From the NCBI GenBank assembly GCA_964016885.1, contig OZ024747.1:434001-498000 (forward strand): a DNA stretch of 64,000 nucleotides. The letters run 5' to 3'. Source of the stretch: Eledone cirrhosa. Lineage: Eukaryota. Of the stretch, positions 13,740 through 26,289 are shown one piece after another; position 1 is the first letter of the stretch; each line of letters begins with the position of its first letter. Both the position numbers and the translations under genes were made by a program. A model generated the notes under the pieces. It did not search any database. It was not told the DNA's origin and was given only the letters and a program-made list of their open reading frames with translations.

Positions 13740-13960
13740 TGGTGGTGGATTAGCAGAATCGGTAGAGCATTGGACAACACGCTTTGCAGCATATAGTTAC
13801 ATCCCTTTGCATTCTGAGTTCAAATCCTGCGACAGTTAGCTTTGCTTTTGATCCTTACGGGGGGTCGATAAAATAAAGTACCAGTAATGCACTGGGGTTG
13901 ATTTAATCGACTTTTCCTCCCACAAAATTGTTGGCGTTGTGCCTAAATCAGAAACCATTA
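13740..13960 (+). mobile_element. SINE family A
   Basis: Same boxes and body as 5537-5722. Confidence 0.82.
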
Positions 13961-14229
13961 TAAGAGAGTAGCTACTAGGGGGATAGTGAGGGTATCTAGG
14001 GGTTTGAGTGGCAGGGACAGTAGCTAAGGAATGAAAACAGGAGGTGAGGCATGAATGAATTAGGAGGTGTAGTGATGGTGAGGATAGCTACTACTGGAAG
14101 GGGCATGGGTGGAAAGAGAGTATCTTCTAGGGTGTTTGAGGGGTCAACAGCTGATGAGTGAATGCTTGAGGAGGCATGGGTGGGATGGTGGATATAGTAA
14201 TGGTGAGGATAGTTGCTAGAGAATGCTAG

Positions 14230-14960
14230 TAGGGGACACAGGGATAATTCAGGCTATATTGCTGTAAATCTTCATCAGCCACAGTCCTTGCTGTCCTTTG
14301 TCATTTCTGTTGTGAGGCTCATGTCTCCCTGTGTCTGCCTCTTCCACAGATCCCAGCCACTCGGGTTTCTGTGCATTTCTTATGCAGCTGTTATCTTCCA
14401 TATGCATCACATGTCCATACCAACATAGTCTTTTCTCTTGCACACTACATCCACTACATTAAGCCAAGTTTTTCTCACAGCTTGCTTATGCTATGTTGTT
14501 CATGCACACTAACATTACACATCCATCGGAGCATACTCAATTTATTTCTCGCCTCCACAAGTTTTCTGTGGTCAAAGCCTATGTTTCACTGCCATGTGGC
14601 ATTGCAGTTCACATGTAGTCATCATACAGTTCACTCTTCACTCTGAGAGAAAAATCCTTAGTTGTCAGCAGCAGTAACAGCTCTCTAAACTTCTTCCAGC
14701 CTGTTTTTACTCAAGTTATCACACTGTCAGCGCATAGACCCCCACTGCTAATTAGATTGCCTAACAAAAGCTGTCAACTACTTCTAAGGAGCCTTCCTGG
14801 CAACTGAAGGAATCTATTTCACATGCGCTCTCTGAATGCTTACTTCTCTTGCATATTTGCCACATACAAAGTCTATCTTTTCTGTTAGCCTGCCAGCCAT
14901 CCCACTACATCTCTTGTGTGTCCCTATACATTATACTGTGTGCACCTTATGGAATTTAAA
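14230..14960 (-). mobile_element. Old degraded RTE 3' fragment
   Basis: QEKRLCWYGHVMHM and remnants of HKRCSG and GWKKFREL on the - strand. Confidence 0.8.
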
Positions 14961-15805
14961 GCCACTTCCCTGAGGTTTGTGGCTTTGCGCTTCAGTATTG
15001 TTTACTACTATAAGTATCATCTCATCTATGATACACTTTTAGTGACTCAAGTAGGAACCCTTTAAAATAAGTGATTTTCATTCATAGAACCAATGGTAAT
15101 ATTGGGCAGGTTAATATTACAAAGGCCGACCTCATAGAAATAGGCACCTGAATATCCCATGAATCTTCTGATTGTATAATATTAGTATTTATTCCATAGG
15201 ATTGAACACAGGAACTCATGATAATAAATTTGTCTGAAACTCCCTCTCTGAAATATTAAACTTGTTCAAATATTTGTTTTAAATATCATTGCTATATCGA
15301 AGATAAAAACAAGATTTCAATATGTAAAGATTAGTCTATTACTGTGTTATTAAGTTATTTATTTTCCTAAACCGCTCATATTTTTTTTTTTTTTCAAACA
15401 AAAGCAGAAAGGCCGAATATATTCTTGATAGAAGTTTGGGACACAAAAAGGTTAAACCCATAACACAACTGAATAACAAAGTTGTGATACATTTTAAACC
15501 TGTTTTTTTTTCTGTTTATTTTTATTAAATTTTCTCTTCTTTGGCATTTTGAAACATTTTTACTTTTTTGATTTCTTATTTGTTTTTTCTTTTTTTTAAA
15601 ATTTAATTACAACCTTTTTTTCTAATTTTTATTTTCTTTTGTTCTGATTAAGTTAGCTTTCTTGCTTACATGAGATGAATTTTTGCTAGAATTATTTAGC
15701 TTTTTCTCTATTAATAACACAAATCTTTCCTCTTTGTATTTCCAATGTCATGTGGTTTTATTAGAATTTTCTCCAATCATCTTCACATGACTTATTTCTA
15801 CATAC

Positions 15806-15934
15806 AGACTCAGATAGATGACACCTCTTCTTTCCTACATGTTACAGTAATGACACAACTGTGTTTGAGACTCATATAGATGACATCTCTTCTTTCCTAC
15901 ATGTTACAATAATGACACAACTGTGTTTGAGACT
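15806..15934. repeat. 62-bp tandem duplication
   Basis: agactcagatagatg at 15806 recurs at 15868. Confidence 0.85.
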
Positions 15935-16822
15935 TGGGTTGTTTTATTAAAAGATAAACTTCTTTACATTTGAAATAAAAACTCAAATAATTCTAGCTGA
16001 CTGCTTCATCTTCATTTTAGTTAATAATAATAATTTTTATTATTATTATATATGTGTGTATGTACAAACACATACAGAGCGAGCAAGAGAGAGTGACCTT
16101 TACAACTGTTTTAATTCAAAACTTGGTTTAAATATTACCATGTATCTAGCATCTCGATCGACTGTAGTTCCTACATGAGGTCCTACATGTGAGTGTATAT
16201 GTACGTTTGTGTGTGTATGGGTGGGTTGGTGTTTATTCATTAGACTCCTATATGCTATATTATTGATATAATATCAAATACGTGATGTATTAACAATATT
16301 ATGTTTAATGTGTATATTAAACAACAAAATATATATTTTAAGGTTAGATATAATTTCACAAATGTTCCTGTTTGTAGCCAATGTTTTCTAACAGCTATGG
16401 TATTTGTGTTTGTAATTTCAAGCTTTCTATATTGTCAGCACATTTGTTTGGGATAAAATGTGAACTTTGCTATTATGTAATTCCATGTAGATCGTTTATT
16501 AAATATTTTAACCTTTCAATATACATTTCTAAATGATACCCAGTTCCCTTGTTCATTGCTTGTTCAACCTGATGGTAATATATGATACTAATGTATGATT
16601 ATTTAACTGTTTGCTACTTTTATTTTATATTGTTGGTATATATATATATATCAAGCGTGCTGTGTTAATAGTGTATACTAATGTGGAGGTTGATATTAAC
16701 AGTGTTGGACTTACCTATAAGCTAAATAAACTATAGCTTAGGGTCTCACACCCTTGAAGTCTTCATTTTTTAAAACATATTTTTATTTTATCATTAGTTT
16801 ATTCTTTAACACTAAATCATAA

Positions 16823-16858
<36 letters not shown>

Positions 16859-16934
16859 CGAAGGAAATGTGGTAAGGAACCAGGTGGACCATAACGCACC
16901 AAAGAACTCAATACTTAGGGTAGTAGAGTGGGTA

Positions 16935-17055
16935 ATAGGAACGAGTAGGACCCCGACGGCTGAGTTCAAGCTGTTTCGACGGCTAATTCTGGACGACTAA
17001 GTCCAGAATTAGCTGTCGAAATGGCTTGAGCTCAGCCGTCGGGGTCCTACTCGTT

Positions 17056-17060
<5 letters not shown>
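16935..17060. repeat. GC-rich hairpin, 60-bp arms, 6-nt loop
   Basis: Arms are reverse complements with 4 transition differences. Confidence 0.92.
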
Positions 17061-17086
<26 letters not shown>

Positions 17087-17091
<5 letters not shown>

Positions 17092-17465
17092 TAAGTACAA
17101 AGCGAAACCTACAGTCAGTAGGCACCTCTAACAAAATACACCCCGGCCCCACTATCCCCACCCCTTCCAATGTAAAGTTATGTTGGTACCACAGCATTCA
17201 GTCCGAATCAAATGAGGGCGTGTAGGTGTCATGACAAAAAAAACACACAGTCCACGCTGTAATGTGGCCGTGTAGGTAACACGGTAAAAACCTCCCAGTC
17301 CACACTGTAAACGTGGTTGGTGTTAGGAAGGGCATCCAACCATAGAAAACCCGCCAGACAGTCCCATACGAGCAAAACAACCAATCTTGCCTCAAGTGGG
17401 AAAATTCCCATCCAAACCCATGCTAGCGTGGAAGATGGACGTTAAACGATGATGATGATGATGAT
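17087..17465 (+). mobile_element. RTE 3' UTR fragment
   Basis: Matches 50610-51030 and 42050-42415. Confidence 0.85.
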
Positions 17466-18040
17466 ATATAATTCTTTATCATTAACATTGATATAAAAAT
17501 AATAATAATATTTTTCAGAGAATGGCCTCAAATTTCCTATAGCTTAGGGCCTCAACAAGTAAAAGTCCAACCCTGGATATTAAACTGATACAAGTTTGAT
17601 ATAAAATTGATGTAGGATATTATTGCCCATGTGTAACATTGATAATATTTATCATGTGCGTTATATTATAGCCATCATGTTTATGTTTTACAATATTGAA
17701 GTACATGTGGTAACATAGTGGTATATGTGATAAAGTTGTATATGTGATAAAGTTGTATTATTGCTACATGTAATAATACCTTCTATTTTTTGTCACAATG
17801 ATATTAGTATTATGTAAGAGTGAAAACATTATATACTGAAGTATATGTTACTATATTTCATTGACAATAATTACCTGGTTATTAGGTTGTCTGAGTTAGA
17901 GATAGGCTATCAAGATTACATACTCATATAATACTATATTAAGAAAATTAATTATTTGTTAATTAACTACTAATGAAACATAGTCGCCTTTTATCATCAT
18001 CTCTCTATTACACTCACTCAAATGCAAGATTATTTTTCGT

Positions 18041-18106
<66 letters not shown>

Positions 18107-18339
18107 CACACACACACACATACACATAAGTGTGTATACATGTAGACTTCCCTCCCCTCATTTCCCTTAAATTTGAGACACTTTCCTGATGAAGGCTTGA
18201 AGAGGTAACTAGCGAAATCCACCTGAGTTTCAGGTAGATCCTTTAGTTTACTAATATACCTACTCTGCATCTTACCACATATTGAGTACTACTGTGATTT
18301 GTGGTCTTCCTAGTCCTCTTTATATATATATATATATAT

Positions 18340-19915
18340 AAGAGACGTAAAATAAGAAAATTATAAAATTAACTTACTTACTAAAATATCACTTCCAACT
18401 AATTAGTTTCTGGAATGGAGTAGATACATCTTCCGAAGAAGGTGTTGAGAATCATCCCGTCATCAGGAAAGTCTATTCTCATATAAGTCACCAGGCAAAG
18501 CGAGGACTCTGGAAGCTTATTAAAAAATAAATCAGTGAATAGGAAATAGCAAAGCGTGGACTTAATTCCTAGCCATTGAGAAAATCACTGCCTCTGTGTC
18601 TGTGGCAAATTCAAAAAGAATCGAACACGTGACATCGAGGTCAATCGGTGGAAAGTGGGTTGTTAATAAGACAGCGGCCAGCCTACTACCGTAGCAGCAG
18701 TCATGGCCAGTATTGCTCGACAAATATTTTGGAGATAATAATAAAGAATTTATATCTAGTAACATATATATACATACAAATGCATATCGATGCTAGCAAA
18801 TATATAGGTTTTGTCTTAATAACTTTGTGGTTCAATGCATGGGGTTGCAGAACAATAATATAAGAGACGTAAATAAGAAAATTATAAAATTAACTTACTT
18901 ACTAAAATATCACTTCCAACTAATTAGTTTCTGGAATGGAGTAGATACATCTTCCGAAGAAGGTGTTGAGAATCATCCCGTCATCAGGAAAGTCTATTCT
19001 CATATAAGTCACCAGGCAAAGCGAGGACTCTGGAAGCTTATTAAAAAATAAATCAGTGAATAGGAAATAGCAAAGCGTGGACTTAATTCCTAGCCATTGA
19101 GAAAATCACTGCCTCTGTGTCTGTGGCAAATGGCTAGGAATTAAGTCCACGCTTTGCTATTTCCTATTCACTGATTTATTTTTTAATAAGCTTCCAGAGT
19201 CCTCGCTTTGCCTGGTGACTTATATGAGAATAGACTTAAGTTAATTTTATAATTTTCTTATTTTACGTCTCTTATATTATTGTTCTGCAACCCCATGCAT
19301 TGAACCACAAAGTTATTAAGACAAAACCTATATATTTGCTAGCATCGATATGCATTTGTATGTATATATATGTTACTAGATATAAATTCTTTATTATTAT
19401 CTCCAAAATATTTGTCGAGCAATACTGGCCATGACTGCTGCTACGGTAGTAGGCTGGCCGCTGTCTTATTAACAACCCACTTTCCACCGATTGACCTCGA
19501 TGTCACGTGTTCGATTCTTTTTGAATTTGCCACAGACACAGAGGCAGTGATTTTCTCAATGGCTAGGAATTAAGTCCACGCTTTGCTATTTCCTATTCAC
19601 TGATTTATTTTTTAATAAGCTTCCAGAGTCCTCGCTTTGCCTGGTGACTTATATGAGAATAGACTTTCCTGATGACGGGATGATTCTCAACACCTTCTTC
19701 GGAAGATGTATCTACTCCATTCCAGAAACTAATTAGTTGGAAGTGATATTTTAGTAAGTAAGTTAATTTTATAATTTTCTTATTTTACGTCTCTTATATT
19801 ATTGTTCTGCAACCCCATGCATTGAACCACAAAGTTATTAAGACAAAACCTATATATTTGCTAGCATCGATATGCATTTGTATGTATATATATGTTACTA
19901 GATATAAATTCTTTA

Positions 19916-19920
<5 letters not shown>
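18340..19920. repeat. 522-bp tandem monomers (1.5 copies) followed by inverted copies; HHR-bearing
   Basis: 18341 and 18863 are identical starts; 19130-19920 is reverse-complementary; flanked by (TA)n. Confidence 0.95.
19663..19744 (+). ncRNA. Hammerhead-like motif of the 522-bp family (- strand copies at ~18391-18472 and ~18913-18994)
   Basis: actttc CTGATGA c-gggatg…cattcc-a GAAA ctaattag TT ggaagt; palindromic stem III. Confidence 0.62.
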
Positions 19921-19966
<46 letters not shown>

Positions 19967-20155
19967 TCTATTGATTTAATTGTTTATTTGTGTGAAATTA
20001 TTGTTGTTTTCTGAGGACAGATAAATGTGCTTGGTTACCTGTCCTAAATATATTCTTTGTGTGTGTGTGTGTGTGTCTGTACGAGTGTGTGTGTGTGTTT
20101 TCATTTTCTCTCGTTTTCATGTCCATATGTGTGTATGTTTATTTCCTTGTGGCAG

Positions 20156-20309
20156 ATGGCTGCAACAGAAGAGAAGAAATGTGATCCATGGACATTTGTA
20201 GCGAAACACAAACTGTCTGTGGAGAAAGAGCTGAAGTCCATACCAGACCTGAATCTTGTGATTGTCCGACCAGCTATAGTATATGGCCCAGGAGATAGAC
20301 AAGGCCTGA
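20156..20309 (+). CDS. Exon of NAD-dependent epimerase/dehydratase (extended SDR)-like gene; first confidently found exon (MAATEEKKCDPWTFVAKHKLSVEKELKSIPDLNLVIVRPAIVYGPGDRQGL)
   Basis: Pyrimidine tract + cag acceptor, gtaagt donor; RPAIVYGPGD is the extended-SDR RPxxVYGPG motif; 154 nt, ends in phase 1, matching the next exon. Confidence 0.9.
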
Positions 20310-20454
20310 GTAAGTTTTGAAGTTTCTTTCACTTTGATATGTGATGGTGCCACTAGATGGTGCCACTAGATGGTTCCCAAGCCATATCCAATGATGTTCA
20401 TATCTGGTACAGAAGAGGGTGCTTGTAAACCAACCAATAACTTGAGATGAATTT

Positions 20455-21350
20455 CTCTCCCCCTCACCTCTCTCTCACGCCTCCCCCACCTCCCCCCACC
20501 TCTCTCTCTCACTCCCCCTCCCTCTACCCCCTCTCACTCCCCACCCCGTCTACCCCCTCCCACTCCCCCACCCACCTCTCTCACTCCCCCCACCTCTCTC
20601 TCTCTCTCAACTCCCCAACTCTCTCTCTCTCTCACTCCCCCACCCCACCTCTCTCTCACTCCCCCACCCCACCTCTCTCTCTCACTCCCCCACCCCACCT
20701 CTCTCACTCCCCACCCCACCTCTCTCTCGATCCCCCCAACCTCTCTCTCAATCCCCCACCCCACCTCTCTCTCACTCCCCCACCCCACCTCTCTCACTCC
20801 CCACCCCACCTCTCTCTCGATCCCCCCCAACCTCTCTCTCAATCCCCCACCACCACCACCTCTCTCACTCCCCCACCCCCACCGCTCACTCTCACTCACC
20901 CACCCCACCACTCTCTCTCACTCCCCCACCCCACCTCTCTCAATCCCCCACCCCACCTCTCTCTCAATCCCACACCTCACCCTCTCAATCCCACACCTCA
21001 CCTCTCTCTCACTCCCCCCTCTCTCTCACTCAACCCCCCCCACCTCTCTCCCCCCACACCTCTCTCAATCCCCCACCCCGCCTCTCTCTCAATCCCACAC
21101 CTCACCCTCTCAATCCCACACCTCACCTCTCTCTCACTCCCCACCCACCTCTCTCTCACTCCCCCACCCCACCTCACTCAATCCCACACCCCACCTCTCA
21201 ATCCCCCACCCACCTCTCTCTCACTCCCCCACCCCACCTCTCCCTCGCACTCCCCCACCCCACCTCTCTCTCAATCCCACACCCCACCTCTCTCTCACTC
21301 CCCCACACCACCTCTCTCTCACTCCCCCACACCACATCTACCCCCCCCTT
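20455..21350. repeat. C/T-rich low-complexity minisatellite
   Basis: Degenerate ctctctcactcccccacccca units. Confidence 0.95.
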
Positions 21351-21384
21351 GCTGTACATAGACAAGACTTTCCTTAGAACCCTT

Positions 21385-22635
21385 GTGTTGTGGGAAATGT
21401 GTATGCTATTGTGGGTGTGTAGTACATGTGTTGGGTAGTGTGTGTTGTGTAGTGTGTGTGTTGGGTAGTGTGTGTAGTATATGTGTTGTGTAGTGTGTGT
21501 GTTGGGTAGTGTGTGTGTTGTGTAATGTGTGTGTTGTGTTGGGTAGTGTGTGTGTTGTGTTGTGTGTGTGTTGTGTAGTATGTTTAGTGAATTGGTTATA
21601 AGGTCATTTACTCTAGTAGATAAGACTGTATGCCAATTACTAATTTGATAAGTGAAGGAACACAAGAATAATTAAGGAAAGCAGGAAGCAAGATGATGAG
21701 ATGCAGACAGGAAATAATATATATGATAATAACAACGATAAGTCTTCTCAACTGTATATGAAGGTTGTTTTTCTTTATTTGTGTGCTTGTGTGTATTACA
21801 ATGGTTAAATGACATACCTGTGACTTGCTTTGTTAATCCTTGTAAGAAGGGTTGGAATACATCTGAGCTGAGCCTTATGGTATAGGTCCTCAGCAGGTGT
21901 GTTGCAGGTCGGAAAAGCTTGATCGAAAGAGAAATAAGAGCTAAAAACTACCTTTGGTGAAACCGTGCTTGGCCTACTAGGCCAGGCGGCCAAAAGGTGG
22001 AAAGGAGAGAGAGAGGCGTCAGAACGCTCCCTTATATACTGGCCACGGGGAAGTAACTCCAAATAGTTTGGTTCCCGAGACAGAGATGGTGCTAGTCACT
22101 ACATATGTGTGTTGTGTAGTGTGTGTAATGTGTGTGTTGTGTAGTGTGTGTGTTGTGTAGTGTGTGTGTTGTGTAATGTGTGTGTTGTGTTGTGTAGTGT
22201 GTTGTGTAGTGTGTGTGTTGTGTAGTGTGTGTGTGTTGTGTAGTGTGTGTGTTGTGTAATGTGTTGTGGAGTATGTGTGTTGTGTAGTGTGTGTGTGTTG
22301 TGTAGTGTGTGTAATGTGTGTGTTGTGTAGTGTGTGTGTTGTGTAATGTGTGTTGTGTAGTGTGTGTAATGTGTGTGTTGTGTAGTGTGTGTGTTGTGTA
22401 ATGTGTGTTGTGTAGTGTGTATGTGTTGTGTAGTGTGTATGTGTTGTGTAGTGTGTGTGTGTGTTGTGTAATGTGTGTTGTGGAGTATGTGTGTTGTGTA
22501 GTGTATGTGTTGTGTAGTGTGTGTGTTGTGTAATGTGTGTGTTGTGTAATGCGTGTGTTGTGTAATGTGTGTGTTGTGTAGTATATGGGTTGTGTAGTGT
22601 GTGTGTTGTAGTATATGTGTGTTGTGTAGTGGGTT
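21385..22635. repeat. Two (gtgtgttgtgtagt)-type arrays (21385-21590, 22105-22635) flanking unique sequence
   Basis: Seen directly. Confidence 0.9.
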
Positions 22636-22731
22636 GTTTTCTCCTTCAACTATGCTACCCAGTTTAGACCCCTTCTTTCTTGCTCTTTCAGCCCGAAACC
22701 CTCATTAACTCCTCTGTTGTGTCTTTTTCAG

Positions 22732-22784
22732 CCCCTCGTCTAATCATTGGTGCAATATATAAATACATGAGGGAGACAATGAAG
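22732..22784 (+). CDS. Exon of the same gene ([T]PRLIIGAIYKYMRETMK)
   Basis: tttttcag acceptor, gttagt donor; A+CC completes a Thr codon; 53 nt. Confidence 0.88.
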
Positions 22785-22920
22785 GTTAGTTCTACTGTTG
22801 TTGTTGTTGTTGTTTGTACTACTGTTGTTGCTCTTTTTTCTCAATTTGGTATTGTTATTTTCTTAGTGAACTTATTAACAACAGCAGCGCCACCTTCATT
22901 TTTTAATCATTTGTAATTGT

Positions 22921-23549
22921 ACACCACCACCACTACCTCCTCTACTACTACTACCACCACTACTGCCACCACTACCAACTCCACTGCCACCACTACCACA
23001 TCCACTACTACTACTACTACTACCACTACTACCACTACTGCCACCACTAACACCACTACTGCCACCACTACCACCTCTACTGCCACCACTACCACCTTCA
23101 TTACCAACTCCACTGCCACCACTACCACCTCCACTACTACTACTACTACCACCACCTCTACTGCCACCGCTACCACCTCCACCACGACCACGACCTCCAC
23201 CACGACCACCGCCTCCACTACCACCACCACCACCTCCACCACCACCACCGTGACCACCACCACCACCACCACTACCACCACCACCACCACTACCACCACC
23301 ACTACCACTACCACCACCACCACCACCACTACCACTACCACCACCACCACCATTACCACCACCACCACTACAACCTCCACCACCACAACCACACCACCAC
23401 CACAACCACACCACCATCACCACCACCACAACCTCCACCACCACCACCACAACCACACCACCTCCACCACCACAACCACACCACCACCACCACAACCACA
23501 ACCACACCACCACCACCTCCACCACCAACACCAACAACAACAACAACAA
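22921..23549. repeat. (ACC/ACT)n trinucleotide expansion filling most of an 801-bp intron
   Basis: Seen directly. Confidence 0.95.
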
Positions 23550-23585
23550 TAATTGACCTGTTCCATTCTGTTTTGTCTCTATCAG

Positions 23586-23712
23586 ATGCTGTGGACGAAG
23601 GAGCTGAAAATGAATACAGTCCATGTTGAGGATATGTGCCGATCCCTCTGGTTTCTGTGTAACCACGCTAAAACAGGGGAGATCTACCATATTGTTGATA
23701 AAGGAGATACTA
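23586..23712 (+). CDS. Exon of the same gene (MLWTKELKMNTVHVEDMCRSLWFLCNHAKTGEIYHIVDKGDT)
   Basis: ctctatcag acceptor, gtatgt donor; VHVED and GEIY motifs typical of extended SDRs; 127 nt. Confidence 0.9.
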
Positions 23713-23921
23713 GTATGTCTTTCAGCTTTATAATTACTACATTGATTTTGACACACATACATATATGCACACACATACATATACATACACACATACATAT
23801 ACATACACACACATATATACATACACACACACACATATACATACACACACATGTATACATATACATACACATGATGATGGCTGCAACTTGATTTTGAGTA
23901 ATGCCATCATTTGATACTTCA

Positions 23922-24142
23922 CCCTTTAGCATTTAAACCGGCCATATCCGGCCAGAATTCTCTCACCTCTTTCTGTTCAAACCAGCCGTAACTAGCCACT
24001 CATAATGATGTTAAGGTCTTGTTTTCAAAGTAAATAATAATATCATCAAAATCTCATAGATTCGATGTGAATAATTATGTGAGATAAAGCCTTTACTGTG
24101 AAAATACAATAGTAAATATAGAGTAATGTAAATGCTAAAGGG
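23922..24142. mobile_element. piggyBac-type MITE
   Basis: TIR CCCTTTAGCATTTA…TAAATGCTAAAGGG, flanked by TTCA/TTAA; second copy at 55668. Confidence 0.75.
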
Positions 24143-24776
24143 TTAAGCAAGAACATCACAGATGTAGCTTTTTAGTCTTGCTAGGGACTTGCTTATGGTC
24201 AGCAATACCATGCATCACGAAAAATGTCACATATCTCACTCCCACTCTCTGAACATCAAATACATTTACCCCAAAAGTATTGGATGCAAACAAAGTTTCA
24301 GGTTTTACATCAGAGTGAGCTTCTCCACTGCTTTGGATGTTTCGACAACACTGTTACATATCAAAGATCTTTAGATACACACACACAGAAACAACCAATG
24401 GGAACCTTCACATGGTCACCCTATTTACTAAAGACAGCAGCTGAAGTAGACTGCAATTGAGAGGTGTAAAGCATCCTCAACCAGTAAAAGAGCCCCTGCT
24501 GGGTCATTCGGTCTACTAGAAATAGCAGTTAATTTTGGTTGAAATGAAATTCTACCATCTTAAAAAAGCCACATGGAATTATGTAGTCGTAGATGCACTT
24601 AAAAAAATAGCTAGAATGTTTGTGATGTCTTCTCAATAAGAGATGGCATGGAGCTAAACAACATCTACAACTAAATGCTACAAATCCAGCAATAGAATAA
24701 GACAACAACAACAAAGCTAAACTTTGGTAATGCCAAGCATTTTATTGAAATGTTTGCTATTCTTGTCTCCCCTTAG

Positions 24777-24862
24777 CTCAAGGCAAGATCAGTGAACTGA
24801 TTTCAACCATCTTCAATATAGAACATGAATTTGTTGGCTCAACTATGTCAAGTTTGGCTAAG
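24777..24862 (+). CDS. Exon of the same gene ([T]QGKISELISTIFNIEHEFVGSTMSSLAK)
   Basis: tctccccttag acceptor, gtaaga donor; phase-compatible on both sides; 86 nt; not in the ORF track. Confidence 0.85.
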
Positions 24863-25914
24863 GTAAGAGACTGTTTATATTGTTACTCAAGAGAGTGTGT
24901 AGCCTGGAGAGCAGAGAGTCACTCCAGGTAGTGTTGAATACAAGCAGCCAAAATAGGGTTCCCCTGTAGGGTCTTTGGGGGTAATGTTACTCAGAAATCA
25001 GTCTTTCCAGGTAGAGCAGCTTCTTCTCAGAATTGAAAGATCACATGGGCATGTGGTTAGAATGTCTCAGAAAAGAATAGCTGGACAGATTTTACAGGCA
25101 AAACCAACTGACTAGAGACTCAGAGGCTGACCCCGATCAGGATGATTGGATAACAGCCATGAGCTCAGTTGGTCTCGCTTGGGGATCCAGCAGATCAACT
25201 GGAGATGGTTGCTTCTGACAGGACCCACTGGAAGGCATGTTTGAGGACTCTTCCCCTACAACCGCCTCTGGAATATATGGGAAAAGAAAAAAACCTCGCC
25301 ATCATTACACTACCTCTCCATGGTCTGACTGGTTATCAGACTTGACATAACAACTAAAACATCCAAGAACACTTAAATATAAGTATGTACACGTACATAC
25401 ATATATGTATACAGACGTACAGTAGTATGTATATATATATATACATACATGCACACATATATATGTACATATGGATTCACCGAACATTTATTATAATGCT
25501 CGGTGTGTTTGTAAACAAACATCCCGTATTAAGCCGTAGTGTCCAGCAACCATCGTTGCTCATTTGTTCAACACTGACAAAGGAATGCTGTACTAGTTTC
25601 AAGCTTATTAGCTATCGTTTTTTCCATCCAACAACACTTCTATTTTAACTTTTCTCAACATGACACTTTGCAGAGGAAATGTTGGATATTTTTATATGCT
25701 TTTCCTATATTGATTTAAAATTAGTATAGAGGGCCCTCACATTTGCATCTCAATATACCTCTCATATATATGATTTAGAAAAGGATAAGTTTTAAGAAGA
25801 CTAAGACAATGCAAAATTGTTGGTTCATTTAAACTAAATTTTACAGTCTATTTCACATTGTTTTAACCTTCTTAAGACATATCATTTTCTACATTATATA
25901 TATATATATATTTG

Positions 25915-26236
25915 AAAAAAAGAAAAAGAATGGCTTCATTTGTAGTTCTAAACAATTTGATTTAATTTTATAATATTATGATTTGGTAGATCTAGTAAGT
26001 TCTTTGTTCACTTCGGTGGGAAGATTTTTAAAGATTCCTGGTTAACTTTCCTGGGGAACTTTCTCGCATTCGTCGGTGGCGATTGTCAAACTGAGATCAG
26101 GTTGTGTTGTGATGTGTGACTCTATATATATGAGAGATTTGGATGTGTCTGATTGGGGTGCAGTGTTAATGAGTGTGGGAGTGAAGGAGTGTTGATGAAG
26201 ATTTAAAGGAATTAAAGTAAACACACACACACACAC
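25915..26236 (-). repeat. Dispersed repeat; inverted copy at 31206-31464 + 32358-32430 (split by the Helitron)
   Basis: Direct comparison of the two copies. Confidence 0.88.
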
Positions 26237-26289
26237 GCAAATGGGAATTATTTTTTAGGACAAGGTGCCTCCCACCAAATGAAGGGAAA

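Noticed and set aside
18181-18245. CUGAUGA…GAAA with a long stem III hairpin
   Set aside because: Stem I does not pair and stem II is out of register, so not called as a ribozyme
18562-19573. Duplicated 67-74 aa ORFs
   Set aside because: By-products of the 522-bp repeat with no recognisable motifs
20447-21361. 304-aa Pro/Ser/His extensin-like ORF
   Set aside because: Low-complexity intronic repeat that lacks stops by composition
22896-23870. Poly-Gly/Thr/Val ORFs resembling mucin or glycine-rich proteins
   Set aside because: Trinucleotide repeat inside a GT-AG intron whose flanking exons join in frame
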